From Nemertoderma westbladi (taxonomy: Eukaryota > Animalia > Xenacoelomorpha), in the NCBI GenBank assembly GCA_032718475.1, contig JAUCBJ010001484.1:1825-65824 (forward strand): DNA of 64,000 bases, written 5' to 3'. Position 1 is the stretch's first letter. Every line of letters begins with the position of its first letter. This document shows positions 38,448 to 53,140 of the stretch, in pieces. The notes beneath the pieces are model-generated. The model made no database searches and was not told the origin of the DNA. It worked only from the letters and a program-made list of their open reading frames with translations. The position numbers and the translations under genes were made by a program.

Positions 38448-39329
38448 CACCATGACCTTTAATATAGTGTCATTTTCTGACACGGACCCCCCCCCCCCCC
38501 AGATTTTTCTACAAATTTTTATCATATTGCTTGAAATTTGAAACACAACTAGTTCCACTCACCGTCGATGACCCCATGGAGCCGGAATTTGTGATTTTAC
38601 CTTTAATTTTTTTTAAAGCGTTTTTAAAAAGTGTCTTTTGCGAAATCACACCCTGCGTATCGTGGCCATTCTTTACATTAGTCGTAATTTTTTCATATCA
38701 ATAAAAAGCATGCGTTGCAAGTATTCCAAATATGTAACAATATCTGAATTTCGTTGAGAAACAACTGAGATATAGGCGTTCAAAGATTGCAAGAATTATC
38801 GTTCGCTGAAGGCCATTTATTCTATTTAATAAATACACGATGTTCTGGAACATTTTGTTTATGTATGAATAGCTACGCAATAGATATATTGGATAGGAAT
38901 ACCGCTGTTGCCAACCAACTCATGAAATAAATAACACATTCTAGAATTTTATGTATTTATTTGATAGAATAAATTGCCTACAGCGAATGATCGTTCTTGC
39001 AATATTTGAACTCCTAGTTCTCAGCTGTTTCTCAACGAAATTTAGATATTGTTACATATTTGGAATCCTTGCAACGCAAGCACAAATGTGAAGACTAATG
39101 TGACGAATGGTCACGATACGGATGGTGCAATTTCGCAAGACACTTTTTTAAAACGCTTATAAAAAAATTAATGTCAAAATCAAAAATTCCGTCTTCATAG
39201 GATCATCGACGGTGAGTGGAACTAGTGGTATTTCAAATTTCAAGCAATATGATAAAGATTTGTAGAAAAATCTGGGGGGGGGGGGGGTCGGTGTCATCAG
39301 AAAATGACACTATATTACGGGACATGGTG
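38448..39329. mobile_element. ~880-bp palindromic (fold-back) MITE with TA target-site duplication, Tc1/mariner-like
   Basis: TA|CACCATG...CATGGTG|TA ends. The arms match along almost the whole length (e.g. ACTAGTTCCACTCACCGTCGATGA vs TCATCGACGGTGAGTGGAACTAGT), with the centre near 38900. Confidence 0.9.
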
Positions 39330-42300
39330 TACTTGCATTACATGGGATTCCTGAAGGATTATTGCAGCCAATCAGATCAGTATAGTTTGACAACATTTGT
39401 GTCTACTGCTGATGGTGAAACAGATCTATTCGGAGTTTTTGGACACAGTAGCGTAGCAACATCAGGATCGTGTCGCCTTAGTGTACTTCTCGCGAGATCC
39501 CCCCCCCCCCCCCCCCCAGGCCCTCACCAGCGACTCTCTTTTACATGAAGTAAATAAAGTACGATGATTTTCTCCATAGCGAAAAATAGCGACCGACCCT
39601 ATACAGACTCGAACCCGTTACCTAGGTTTCAAACTTCCGGTTATCATCAGCCGGAGTTGTTATGGAGAACATTATCATACTGTTCTATTACATTACCGGT
39701 ATATATATATATTTAACGGATCACTATTGAACATGTTACAAAGACAGTCACCAATTTTTATGAAAATAAGCCAATGTTTTTTAATTAAATGTAAAAACTC
39801 GCAATTGTTAAAATAAATAAGTTGCTTTCATTTGTATCACTGTAGGAATGAAGAAGGACTGGAAAGTCTGTTATAATAAGACAATTTTATGGAATAAAAC
39901 TTAATATTGGACATTATTTATATTTTATTTAAGGCCGTTGAATAGGCCTACCCAACCCGACCATGTTGGGATAAAGTCAACTCGCAAGAAGCAGCAACCG
40001 TAATCTAGCGATGTTTGCGATGCTCCGCCCACCTTATCGCTATCCTTTATCGCCATTCTCCAAGGCACATCATTCATAATTGGCCTACTTGCCTAATATT
40101 TCTCTATCATTGTCAGATTGTAGAGGAATATTTCCAGCTAGCTATTTAGCGGCATAAATGTGATTGCGGAGTGCGTAGGGGAGGGGTACCTCTTCCCTCA
40201 GATAAACGTTTCTCCCATCTCGGCACCTAAGTAGCAAGCCCTTTACTTCTGGTAATATTGCGATAAACATTTGACCGACCGGCTGTCTTCTAATAGTAAT
40301 ATTATCGGTATTCGTCCAGTTCTAAAATAATTCATCTAAAATTATTCGACCTACGTTTCAGTTAAATATTTCCCGCCAAATAAGTTGTTGTTGTTGTTAT
40401 GGATACATAGTCCCATTATAACCCGTTTGGGGGTGTGTTAGGTCGTTATGTACCCGGGTCACATTCGCCCACGTAGAACGCCCACCCAATGGATGTTTCT
40501 CATTTGCGCAAAAAAGAAGAAAATTCAAAGTCTGTTTTTTATTATTATTATTATATAAATTGCAACAATGCGCTACAATTAATAAACAATTAAACTTAAA
40601 TTAACTTGTTTTTTAATCATAATCTGCTGATTAAAGTATTCAGTAAATGATATAATGTACCTACATGAATTTATAACCAATTTGACCACATTAAATAGAC
40701 GATTAAACGCAAGAAATACCCAAGTGTAGAAGACTCAGTTTAGCTAAGGCACTATAGACCCTAATTATTTTAATAAAAATCTATTAATTTCAATTTGAAT
40801 TTGAAGGTAATTGGGTTGTTAATAACATAATTGACATGTTGAACAAATTGTTTTGTTAAAAATTATAATGTAAATGTAAACAATACATGTACCAAAGGCG
40901 ATTAATAATGATACAACGAAAACCGCTGGAAAAATGTCTAGAAAACATATTTTTGGACAAGCAAAGTGTTGTTATGGTCAACTCAACAACTTAGATTTTA
41001 TGGAAGAAACAAGGTATATTGCATTGTACTGTAATCGGAAATACAAGCAACAATATGGATGAGTTCATTTTATTCGTTGGATTTGCTTAAAAAGTACAGT
41101 AGAGTAAAAAGTACAATACTTTACGACTGAGAAATTATAGTTAAAACATACCCAGTACGTTTTCGGAGGCTATAAAACTTGCTTTTTATTTCATGTCAAA
41201 AGTAGCTTGTTTGTTAAATAGTTAACACGGGTGTGGGGTGGTTCGTGGGGTATATTAATTGGTGCGTCAAGTGTTTGCGTTAGGGTTCACGCTATTCGTA
41301 GGCAGTGGACACAGAATTAATGATACACTGCTGAGTATGGTAGTGTTAACGGAACTCCCTGGAACCTACTAATGATGACTGTAAGAGCCGTGTGGTACAC
41401 TGCAACGGACACAGACAACAGTACAAGAATATAATAAAAGCGTCAACGTAACACCCACTTGAATTTTTACCCTTTCAGAACTTTATGTGACATTCATTAA
41501 ACAATGGGAGTTTCCTTTCTAATCTTGGCAGTTGAACAAAACATGAATGTCTTGCGTTTTGTCAACTTGGTTTATAAACTATTCTACTATGGATAATTAT
41601 AACTTTATTAGTTAAGCCCTTTGTGCTTTATAGTATATATATAATATATCTAATAGGCCTAAATATTGTACACTAAAAAATACACGCACGCACATAACTC
41701 AACTCGTCTTTCATTTATATTTTACAAAACAAAAATTAATAATATTCGTTATTTTCATTTTTTATTTCAATTAAATGTAAACATTAGGCCTATAATATCC
41801 TTCGATTAAAATTAATTAATTTTATAGAAAATATAAATGTGTGGGGAGTGTTATTTTACGCTAAAAACATTATACCAAGTCACCACCACAATAATAATTA
41901 CTCCTAAGAATCTTGAAAAGAGTTTTATAAACCCGACGAAAAGAAAACGTTGCCTTTTAGGCTATAAAAACTACAACATGTAAGACAATTAATTGTGACG
42001 TCAAATTAAATGTAGCAGCTAATTCAACATTATTACAAAATAATACGTTGTGACAAGACAATGGAAGTAACTAGATGAGATGGCTGAACTCTATAGAGAT
42101 GTAACACAGCGACTGAAAACGAGAAAATGGTAAAAATACAAAAATAGGTCTACATTAAGAAATATTAATTATTTTAATAATTAAAGAAAAAAAGTTATAA
42201 ACCATGTTTTTGTTCACCAAGACTTATGATATTATGGTAAAAAACTGAGTGTCAGATTAAATTGAAATTGTACGTGACGTTTAGCAACCCCCCCCCCCCC

Positions 42301-43275
42301 CCCCGAACCATTTGTTGGGATAGCTGGAATTTAGACGAAAAAAAAACATTATCATATAATCAAAAATTAAGGATGATATGATATAGTCTAGTGGAATGTT
42401 GATAAATGGGAAAAAAACTGTTTGCAGCAAAAAAATTATTATAAAAAAAGTGGATAGAAAGAACCCGCTGGGTGAAATAGTAATTAACTGAATGTTAATT
42501 AAACTGTAGTACCTTCGGTTGGTTTTAGTAACACAGATTTAAACGAAGAGGAAACATCACAAAGGAGACAATGTGAACCAGTTCAGTAGCTACTGTAGAA
42601 AGCAATAACTGCAAGTAAAACCTACTTGTCGAGCTACACTCAGTACCTAAACCCTAAAACTGCTAAACTTACCCTGAATATCTAAAACCTACTAAATACC
42701 GATAGATAACATGGTTGTCAAATATACATTCTATATTATAATGTATTCATTATTAATTAATACGGAATGATAACTAATTAATGTACATATACAAACTATA
42801 TGTACACAGGTAATGATAATGAATGCACTCAAAGGAGCAATCGATATGTCTATCCGTTACACGGACGATAAAAACAAAATGAAATTATTATTCGACTAAT
42901 TAATATAAACTATTTTAATATAACAAGTTTTTTTTTCATAGAAAATCAAATAAATGATAGTTAGAATACAAAGTGACAATGCATTGATTCACTGCCGGGG
43001 AGGGGAGGGGGAGGGGGGGATAAATCCAACTCGAGGTGGGTTATCTAGAGCTAGAGAGAGTGTTACCTGGTTAGTATAGAGCGAATCCTATGGAATTATA
43101 ACCAAAACAAGAGTTACTGTAGTCTGTCTACCTTAGTAGGCAATTAGGTAGGTAAATAAATGGAGACAACGTTCCAGAATAACCAGGTAACTCATAGTAA
43201 CCGTTACTGTCCAACCTTGTTTTATATAATTAACCTGCACAATGCACACAGTTAGCATTATATTAGCATGCCGTC

Positions 43276-44109
<834 letters not shown>

Positions 44110-44901
44110 TCACAGTTTATATTATACGACTATATCGACTTCACACAATTGCAAGAAAACTATGATATTTCACATTTTGTTTATAAAGTGTCGGGTGTTT
44201 TATTCCAACCGAGTTGACTAAATGAAGCTGCTAAGTTTGTTAGGCGTTGAAAATGTAAAACCCGATTGTTTTACTAAGAAAAAAATCGTATTCTCCAACC
44301 AACAACCTTCTGCGGTTCTCAGAAAACTAACCATAAAACCATCCGCAAGGATTCTATTAATTGTCTCTCTGTTTTAATTTTGGCTAATATATGTCATCTT
44401 TCCCCTCGTTGTTTCTCATTGAATGAGAGCTCACCGCCTATCCAATTAGAACTCCAGTTATGATATAGTTAGTTGAGGGGTGTCATCCCTCCCTGTACCA
44501 CTGGGCTACTTAAATACCCACTCGGGCACACCTCGGGCCCAGTTTTTTTTAATTTCCTGCGGCCGGCGACCACATTTGCAACTTATGCGATTTCCTTTTC
44601 TCCGCCCAATAATTGTAAGTCAGTCAGTCAGTCATATATATACTAAACACACAAATGATATGTAGTTTGATTGAAAGTCAGGTCGTTTTTTTTCGTTAAA
44701 GCACAAAAAATCGAAAAATAAGTCCTCAGGTATATATAACACTTTATTTCACAAACTATATGGCAAAACGAAAGTGATTTTTTTAATAAAAGGATCTAAA
44801 TTCCAAGATCCAGAAGGTGTGGTCATGCGTGGTCACAGATTTAATACGGTATATAATTAAAATTAATTAATAATACCGTAAAATACCTATAAATAAACTC
44901 A

Positions 44902-45189
<288 letters not shown>

Positions 45190-47693
45190 CTAATGAGGGG
45201 GGGGGGGGGGGGGGTAATTATAAGTAAAACCAGCAATATTACTTTAAATATTTAAATGAAAAACTAAGGTTTAATAGGTCAAACCTTGGAAACATTTTAT
45301 ATTATTGTAGGGATATCGGTATCTCAAATAGAAATAAACTGAAAAACATCAGGTATAATATGATTGCAGATATATTGAGTACAGGGACGTCCTAGAGTGC
45401 TTGAGAATCAAAGTAAACAATAAATATATAGCTAGTGAGTGTTGTTTACAAACCAACCAACTTTTTCGAGTGGCTTGTGAAGCCTCTCGAGTAAATCATA
45501 GTAAAAAACATGCAACATGCCTACAATAAGAGTAGATAAGGAAAGACGACTATAATAACAGTGAATATGGAATTAATGACAACGCCCTTTAATAACAAAA
45601 TAATAATGTATATGATTAATCCAAAACGAGCATTAGTATTATTTGGGACCATATACAAATACAACAAATTTACTAAGTCTGATCACGTTTATATACACAC
45701 CAGCAGAGGTCTGGCTGTATAAACCACGAGATCTGGATCTTGGGACCTGGCTGTACGTAGTAGGTGCCTATAAACCTAAACACTAAGCTGTAGCTGACAT
45801 TGACATTAATATTGTCTTCTAACATTAACCTTATACATACATTTAATCACATATCGATATCATACGCGAATCAGGGGTATAATATAAGGCAACTATATAA
45901 ACTGATAATAAGGTCCCTATTATATTAATCGTTAATGTTAGGCATCCGTCTCATACCCGACATATAAATATTCGACTATAGGTAAATGGAATACCATACA
46001 TACGGTAGATACAGCGGTCTGCAATGCATGATATCTTTTATATGATCACCAAATCGGCAAAATATTATTATAGATTGCGATTTCATATAATAACGGGAGA
46101 CAAACGTTTCCCTTATCTATCATTGTTTGCAGGAACTTCTACTGGTCCCCAGAAAGTCAAATATACTCAAGGTATCAGATTCCGTAGACCTAAGCCTTGC
46201 GGTTTACACTCAGGTAGATGTCTTGTTTGACCAGTTAACTGCACTTATCCATAGGGTAAATGTATGCACACAAATGTTTAAACATGCTGATAACAGCCAA
46301 TAGGTAAACTAAAAATATCAAAGCTAAATGAGATCAATATATCCATTTATCATAGGGGGATTACAAGCTTGTAAGAATAACCATAGCTCTGACCTGAGCT
46401 ATACCTTAGTGCAAATTAGGTTCTTTTCCTTTAGTTTAACTACATTCAGTGAATGCAGTTACATTTAATACACAACAACCCAATATAAAAACGATTCTCT
46501 TTGTTCAAAAATGTCACCATTATTATATTAGTCTATCATTATTCATCAGTCATATCATCATTATTATAACATTTACTCAAGTCTGCCAACTTATTGTTGG
46601 CGTCTCGGGTACACTCTCTGCTTATCAGTGCCAGAAACTGGACAATAACAGGTCCGCCTGCCGTGTTATTGTGTTTATATACACAGGACTAATTAAAATA
46701 AATCAGCCATCATCAGCGAGTCCATCAATATTATATACAATGCAGGGCTCACTCCATCACTCACTACTCAAAGCCCATAAAATAATCTGAGGTACATTGT
46801 CACATATTTTGGCAATCCGCCCTATCGTTCTATCTTAATAACTCACACCCAAACCCCTTAATTGTTGAGGTAAGTGTAATAAAGAAAGAGTCCCATCTCA
46901 GTTACCATCTCCTGAAAAGACTCACAGACAGACAATTGTTCACACAGTTGTGATGTTTTATTTTGTAGATTCAGGACATAGACATGCCCGGGTGAAGTTT
47001 TCTGCGAGCGATGATATTAATAGGTATGCCCTAGCCAAAAGTGCGGTCACATAGGAAAAAGGAAGTTAAAAAAACAAAACGAAAAATTCAAAACAAACAA
47101 AAGGTTATACTAAAATTTTGAGTGTTATACGGTGTTTCATGCTACAGACAGACTATGTTGTACTATGATAAGTATGAAATAGGGCTGTAGGCCGAAAGAC
47201 TACTTTATAATTGATTAATATAAGCCTAGACGTAGACAGACAAGACATACAGATTAATAATTAAATTTACAATACAAAACATTCAATAACTATAATGTTA
47301 CAAGTCCTAAACAATTTTAGAAATAAATAGCATGATAAAGAGAAAATAAATCCAGCTCCATTCGAAAGCCCGTATTTCCGCTTTTTCTCAAGGAAATCCA
47401 GCTGTTGGGTTGGGGGAACGCAACCCTAAAACAACTTTTTTAATTGAAAGCACCTAATTTTGAGTTTTCAATTACTAACGTTAGGCCTATGTACTTTTTT
47501 GCCATCATCAAATTAAATTTCAAAAGCTACACCTACAATGAATGAGTAGCCAGTAGAGTAGTTAGTTAGGTTACTTTTCTTTAAGGTATAGGCCTACTAC
47601 CGGCAGACCGGTAGTAGTAGGCCTATTGAATAATGAATACCGGTACCGTATACTGGTACTTGTACTGTACGGTACACGTACGTTTATACTTAC

Positions 47694-47861
47694 ATAGTAA
47701 TCCCTGACCTGGGTCTTAAATGGTTCACAACCAGGTTCCAGTTTCGGTTGAATTGCGCCCAGACCGAGATGAGCGTGCGGGGGCTGGTTCTCGGCGTGGT
47801 GATATGCCTGGTGGTAGGCCGCGTGGGGGTGTACGCTCGGTGGTACAAACATCGTATTCAT
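47694..47861 (-). CDS. SoxB1: SoxB1 probable exon 1 (MNTMFVPPSVHPHAAYH...PFKTQVRDYY)
   Basis: ATG at 47861 and donor TAT|GTAAGT at 47693 (alternative CAG|GTCAGG at 47708); both are phase 0 and match exon 2. Total CDS 168+287+781=1236 nt (411 aa). Confidence 0.7.
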
Positions 47862-48189
47862 GGAGGTCGCGAATATCAACAGCCGACAGGAAAGCAAACG
47901 CAGAATCGCAGAGACAGGAACTAGATCACAATACGGCCTAGTGCAGTTTATGTTCGAGAAAATAAGTTCAGAATAACATTAGATAATTAACTTGCTTTCC
48001 CAATATTGTACTACTGGCTTTCTTTAGAAATCTACTATGTAAATTATTATTACTAAGCCCAGTTTAAATATTTACTCTAAGCGGTGAAACACAACCATTA
48101 TAGTCGCCTAAAATTATTATATGTCTTTGAATTAACATTAGGAAATCATCTCTACTAAAACCTTGAGACGCAGAAGGGTTTCCACTGTT

Positions 48190-48600
48190 CCACTGGCACT
48201 GTCCAATCACGAGAGAGACAATGAAACTACAAGCTGTTGTTGGCTAACCAACAGGGGGAAGTCAAGCTTAGCTGGGTTCACTGGAGAACAACGGATTGGC
48301 AAGGCAGAGTGAGCTAGGCACTAGCTGCTAGCAGTGGCCTAAACTCCCTCCCTCTCTGACGGCTTGGAAAACTATTGATTGTGCACGGGCTAACAATAAA
48401 TATAATGGAGCACATTGTTCGGATTTCTAAACACGGTCCCTCCTCTATGGACTTGGCACTATTGTTAGGAGTTAATGTTTGAGAAACTTGAAAAGTCCGA
48501 TGTTAAAGATTGAATTGAATTACTGTTTGGTTTATTATGATATCACGCGGACAATGAATTAGGCCTATTGTGAATCGGATAATAGATTGATTGGGAGTGG
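48190..48600 (-). promoter_or_regulatory. Probable SoxB1 proximal promoter with CCAAT boxes and Sox-type sites
   Basis: CCAAT/ATTGG at ~48203, ~48295 and ~48589. ACAATG/CATTGT/AACAAT at ~48218, ~48392, ~48413 and ~48550. Located immediately upstream of exon 1. Confidence 0.4.
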
Positions 48601-51600
48601 AAAAGCAGAATGGTAAAATAGCCTTTTATTATTGTAATATTTTGACACCAGTCTACTTGTGAATGACATTGATCGTCATAATTGATATAATCGTGTCAAT
48701 TGAAAATCGGATGAGGGTGACACCTGCCTTTAACACGTACCGGTACCCTACAACGCCCGACGCCCACTCACATACATTACTGCTTCGGTACCAGACTAGC
48801 ACCGACCTCAATTATTAGTATTACAATCACAGAATTAATGATATTATTAACATATTTCGGCAACCGGTAACTGAGGCCTATCAATAACAAACTAGGCCCT
48901 ATAATAGTTACCTTTAACATGGAACCTACAAATTGCAATGGGTGGCATAAAAATATATTGTCTTCTAACTTGTGAGCCGATTTATCATTTTTGATGGGAC
49001 CTTAATTATCCATATCGCACTCCCACTCGCACACAGCATTATGCATTAGGCCTAGTCTTTAGTTTTTTGAATTCTTCCTATTTTGCTATATTGCATTAAC
49101 AAATTCCGGAAATTCAGTGCTGTTGCAGTGGAGCAGTGCTACCGGTAAAACAAAAATATATCGGTGCCGTAGGCCTACTCGTACAGGTACAATAGAGTGT
49201 AGGGAGAAGGGAGATCCGATCTGATCCCCTGGGCCGATTTTTCCCGCTGAATTTGGCTATCAAATCGCAAAAGAAACCAAAACTTCTATGCAATTTTTCT
49301 TTTTAAAAGGTAGTAGGCCTAAAGCAGATAGTTAGAGCTTCTATTATGGATGCTTAAGCTTACGGTATTGTTAATGTTCGATTTGATAAGTAAAAACATT
49401 AGGCCTACAGTATTAACATAACGGTGTCAGGCTAATGAAATAAATGTTAATAGGTATAGGCCTAGTATCAACTCCTCAAATTACAATTCGTAGATTCTGA
49501 GATTACACACAGGCCTATTCTAAACATATTCAAAATTAAAAACATTCGCCATATTAGCCTCAAACATAACAAAGTCTCGTCCTCGTCAGCGGCAGCTCCA
49601 TTTCATTTCTGTTGTTTTAGAAATACAATCTACCGGTTGCCTACCGCCTACGGTTTCGATGGAAGGGAACGAACACCCTAACATACCGGTACTGATCTGA
49701 TCTGAAATATTTGCGGTACAGGTAGGCCAACACTGCTGCACTGCTACAGATGAGTTGTTGTCTTGTTGATGTATGAAACCTTAAGTACCATATTATATTG
49801 ACATTGTGGCCCGTATACCGGTACTACCAGGACCATTGTATAAAGAATAAAGCTCTTCAACAAACCCGCAGCCGCAGCCGCAGGCTCATTCATTTTCATA
49901 GTTTTGAGCTGAGAAAAACGAGTTTAAAGAATCAATAATTTTCTAGCAATAAAACAGCTGATAATAACATTATTGGAGGGAAATTCAAATCAGTTTCGAT
50001 TCTACATGTTTTTTAGTGGTTATTTTGTTGTAGTATTAGTTTTTCTATGTAACTACTGTAAACCATTCATTACGAAGAGGAATTGAAATGATAATTTTGC
50101 GGTATTTTCCTTGTGAACGTTATTGTTATTTTATCATTTTACAAATATTATGTTATATGTTACATAACATTTTTGCAAAATTTTCTAAAAATTTTCTCAA
50201 ATTTTTTTATGTACCTTTATGATGGGCTATCTTGGGGTGACAGGTTTTCACCATCGAGTGGAACATTTCTTGACTCTGGGACTCGACGGTCATTCAGATA
50301 AATTTTTTCTCGAAAGTTTGTAGAAAATTTTGCTTTCAATCTGGGTAGACGTAGAACTCCCCTTAAAACTATATTGTGTAAAAAACTTTTCTAAAATTAT
50401 ACACAGCATTTTATCCCATAACACAAGAACTAAAATAGATCTCAAAAAAACCACTTGATTATTTGAAATCTCTGGAAAATGTTGCATCTAACCACCCAAT
50501 GAAAAATTTTGGCCACGTTACATTTCTATTGTGACCGCCATGTAATTTAAAATTCTAAAAATTATAGATTTGGCAGTTAATTAATTATATTATACCTATC
50601 ATATGCAAACAGTTTAGCTTGGCAACGATTCTTATATGACCAGGTGTAACTCAAATTTACCAGAAAAAAACAATATTTATAATTAATATAATATACGAAC
50701 TACATGTAATAAGTTATTGTTTTTAAATTATCTATTATGTTTTGTTTAGTTAATAATTATTAACTATAAGTATACTATTATATAGTAATAATACCTATAC
50801 GGCCATATCTCTTATATAATGGTCGTACGCCCACGCATACGTGTTGCTTCCCAGATTGGTTATCCAATGACAAATTGGGATGCATGATGTTTGATGATGC
50901 AATGTCGTAATATAAAAGTATACAATTATTAATGACCTTAACTTTGGTAGACAGTATAGATGATATCTCATATTATTACATTATTTATATATTTTTTAAA
51001 TTAGATTAAATTATAGGGCTTACTCTCACCCAATAATGTATACATTACATGAAAATATAATTTTAAGGTTATTTTATCCCCTTCCATTTGGCGTCCTTGG
51101 TCCATTTACTCGAATACAATGGGTTGGTCTGTTTCGGTTCAGATACATTTCTGCATCACCAGTCAGGAAGTGACATCAACGTAGTTGTAAAATTTATTGA
51201 TTTCGAGACCAGTCAACTGCTGGCCGTATTGTTGTGTAGTCAAAGTAGTCCTTGCCTATACTACTAGGACATATAAGTGCACCCCCTCCCCAATATATTC
51301 CTAATATTCCTAGGCAAGAGACAAGCCCTACTAATCACGTGCATAGGCCCCTTAGCTGAGTTAAGCCCAAATCACCCGCTGTGTTTCCAACATTCCCTCT
51401 TCGGAGTTTGGCCCTAAATGGGGGGCCCCTTGCCGTTGCATAGCCTAGCGGCATATACTGTGTCCTTTCCATAGACTCGAGCTATTACTTCGCGCATGAC
51501 TGGTCCATCCCTCGTAATAACGGTCCCACCACACAATAGATTCCCAATTACGACTGTGGGGCCAATTTGCGAGTGAAAGGGCCAGGAGATATATGAAGGC

Positions 51601-52721
51601 CCAGAGTTGTCACTAATTTGGGAGTCTGATAAGAGATCAACCGGAGCCAATCTATTGAACTCTGCCAATGTCATTGCAGGGGCAAATCTCCATTGTTGAG
51701 CATAACAAGGACATAAACTAGGAATACTGGCCGCTCAATTTGGCCAACAAGCAATCTTATTTGTCATATGTGAATGAATAGAGGTTGTCTGAGAGGGATA
51801 TATATATATATTAAACAGGTTTATAAACGTCCTTACCCTGGTTGGTTTACTATCGGTTGTTGTTGTGAATAAAACAATAATATATGACGTGTTATGAACT
51901 TGCGCTGTACCGCTGTTTATATCTATTGCAGTATTGTTGTCCCTCCTCATAGGACCATGTGAAGCATACTAGGTTTCACATAAGGACTGAATCTAACCAA
52001 ATCAATAAACGAATTGGTATCTGTACAGGTTATAAGAAAGAAATAAGCGCTATAACACTTAAAAATAAGGATAAATTTTAAAATATACAAATGCTTCATT
52101 CCAATAAAATAAATTAAATAAATTTCAATAAAACTTCGACCAAAAAGTGCTAACCTATATTCTTAACATTCATCAGTTGCTCATCAGTTGAGACTTCCTC
52201 TTATTATTGTCCCTCTCGCATCCGTATGTATATGATTTAGAAAACGAGGTAATACCCTCGGTTGTTATACTATGGTTGAATTACTAACCCAAGCCTACTT
52301 ACCCTAAAATATATTACCAAAACGCAATAATTTTTATTGTCCGTTTAAATCACTCATGATGTCCTTTTTTTTACTTTTTATGTCCTCCAGAAATTTACCG
52401 TTATGCTACCGGTTTCTCTACTGCTGTTCTCTCAGGCTATCAGTACCGGTATTAGTATATGATAGAGCACTATTTTGCAGTATTGCTGTATTGTATGTAC
52501 AGATGTATAAAGCAGGTATGTTAGGTATTTTAGTACCGGTACCGGCACCGGTACTGCTGTAGGCCTACTGTGTAGCCTACCATTTAAATACTGTAATGGT
52601 AGGCCTACCGGCTGACCGGTTGTGCTAATAAATTTTAAATAATTGATAGGCCAAAGTCTCGTTAAGCTGTCCCATTCCCTCAAATGTTCATGACATAGTT
52701 TATTGTTATGTTCATGACATA

Positions 52722-53140
52722 GTTTATTGTTTTGGTTAAAAAATTCCGCCTCTGTAAACCTGCTCCTTTCCCTGAATTGGTAAAGTGACCGTTTATTGTT
52801 TTGGTTAGAAAGGCCCACCTCTGTAACCTGCTCCTTTTCCCTGATTTGGTAAAGTGACCGTTTATTGTTTTGGTTAGAAAAGACCATCCATGTAACCTGC
52901 TCCTTTCCTTCATTTGGTAAAGTGATTGTTTATTGTTTTGGTTAGAAAATCCCGCCTCTGTAACCTGCTCCTTTCTCTGATTTAGTAAAGTGACCGTTTA
53001 TTGTTCTGCTTAGAAAGGCTAGCCTCTGTAACACCTGCTCCTTTTCTTCATTTGGTAAAGTGACTGTTTATTGTTTTGGTTAGAAAATCCGGCCTTAACC
53101 TGCTCCTTTCCATCAATTGGTAATTGTTTTTGGCTATAAA
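52722..53140. repeat. ~69-bp tandem repeat, ~6 copies (GTTTATTGTTTTGGTTAGAAA...CTGTAACCTGCTCCTTT...TTGGTAAAGTGACC)
   Basis: Unit starts at 52722, 52791, 52860, 52928, 52996 and 53066. Confidence 0.9.

Larger units (their letters stand above)
36200..39430 (-). mobile_element. Highly decayed RTE-like LINE, interrupted by two MITEs
   Basis: The - strand fragment QNVFRKDRGTM*PILALREIIEE at ~36395-36460 parallels QNGFRPNRSTIAQILALRRLIEG of the 28.3-kb RT. Weaker linker and endonuclease-like fragments occur at ~37500, ~38300 and ~39380. Confidence 0.5.

Noticed and set aside
51185-51235. Second hammerhead-like remnant (TTTCGAGACCAGTCAACTGCTGG)
   Set aside because: GAAA and a stem II-like hairpin are present on the - strand, but the CTGANGA box is absent.
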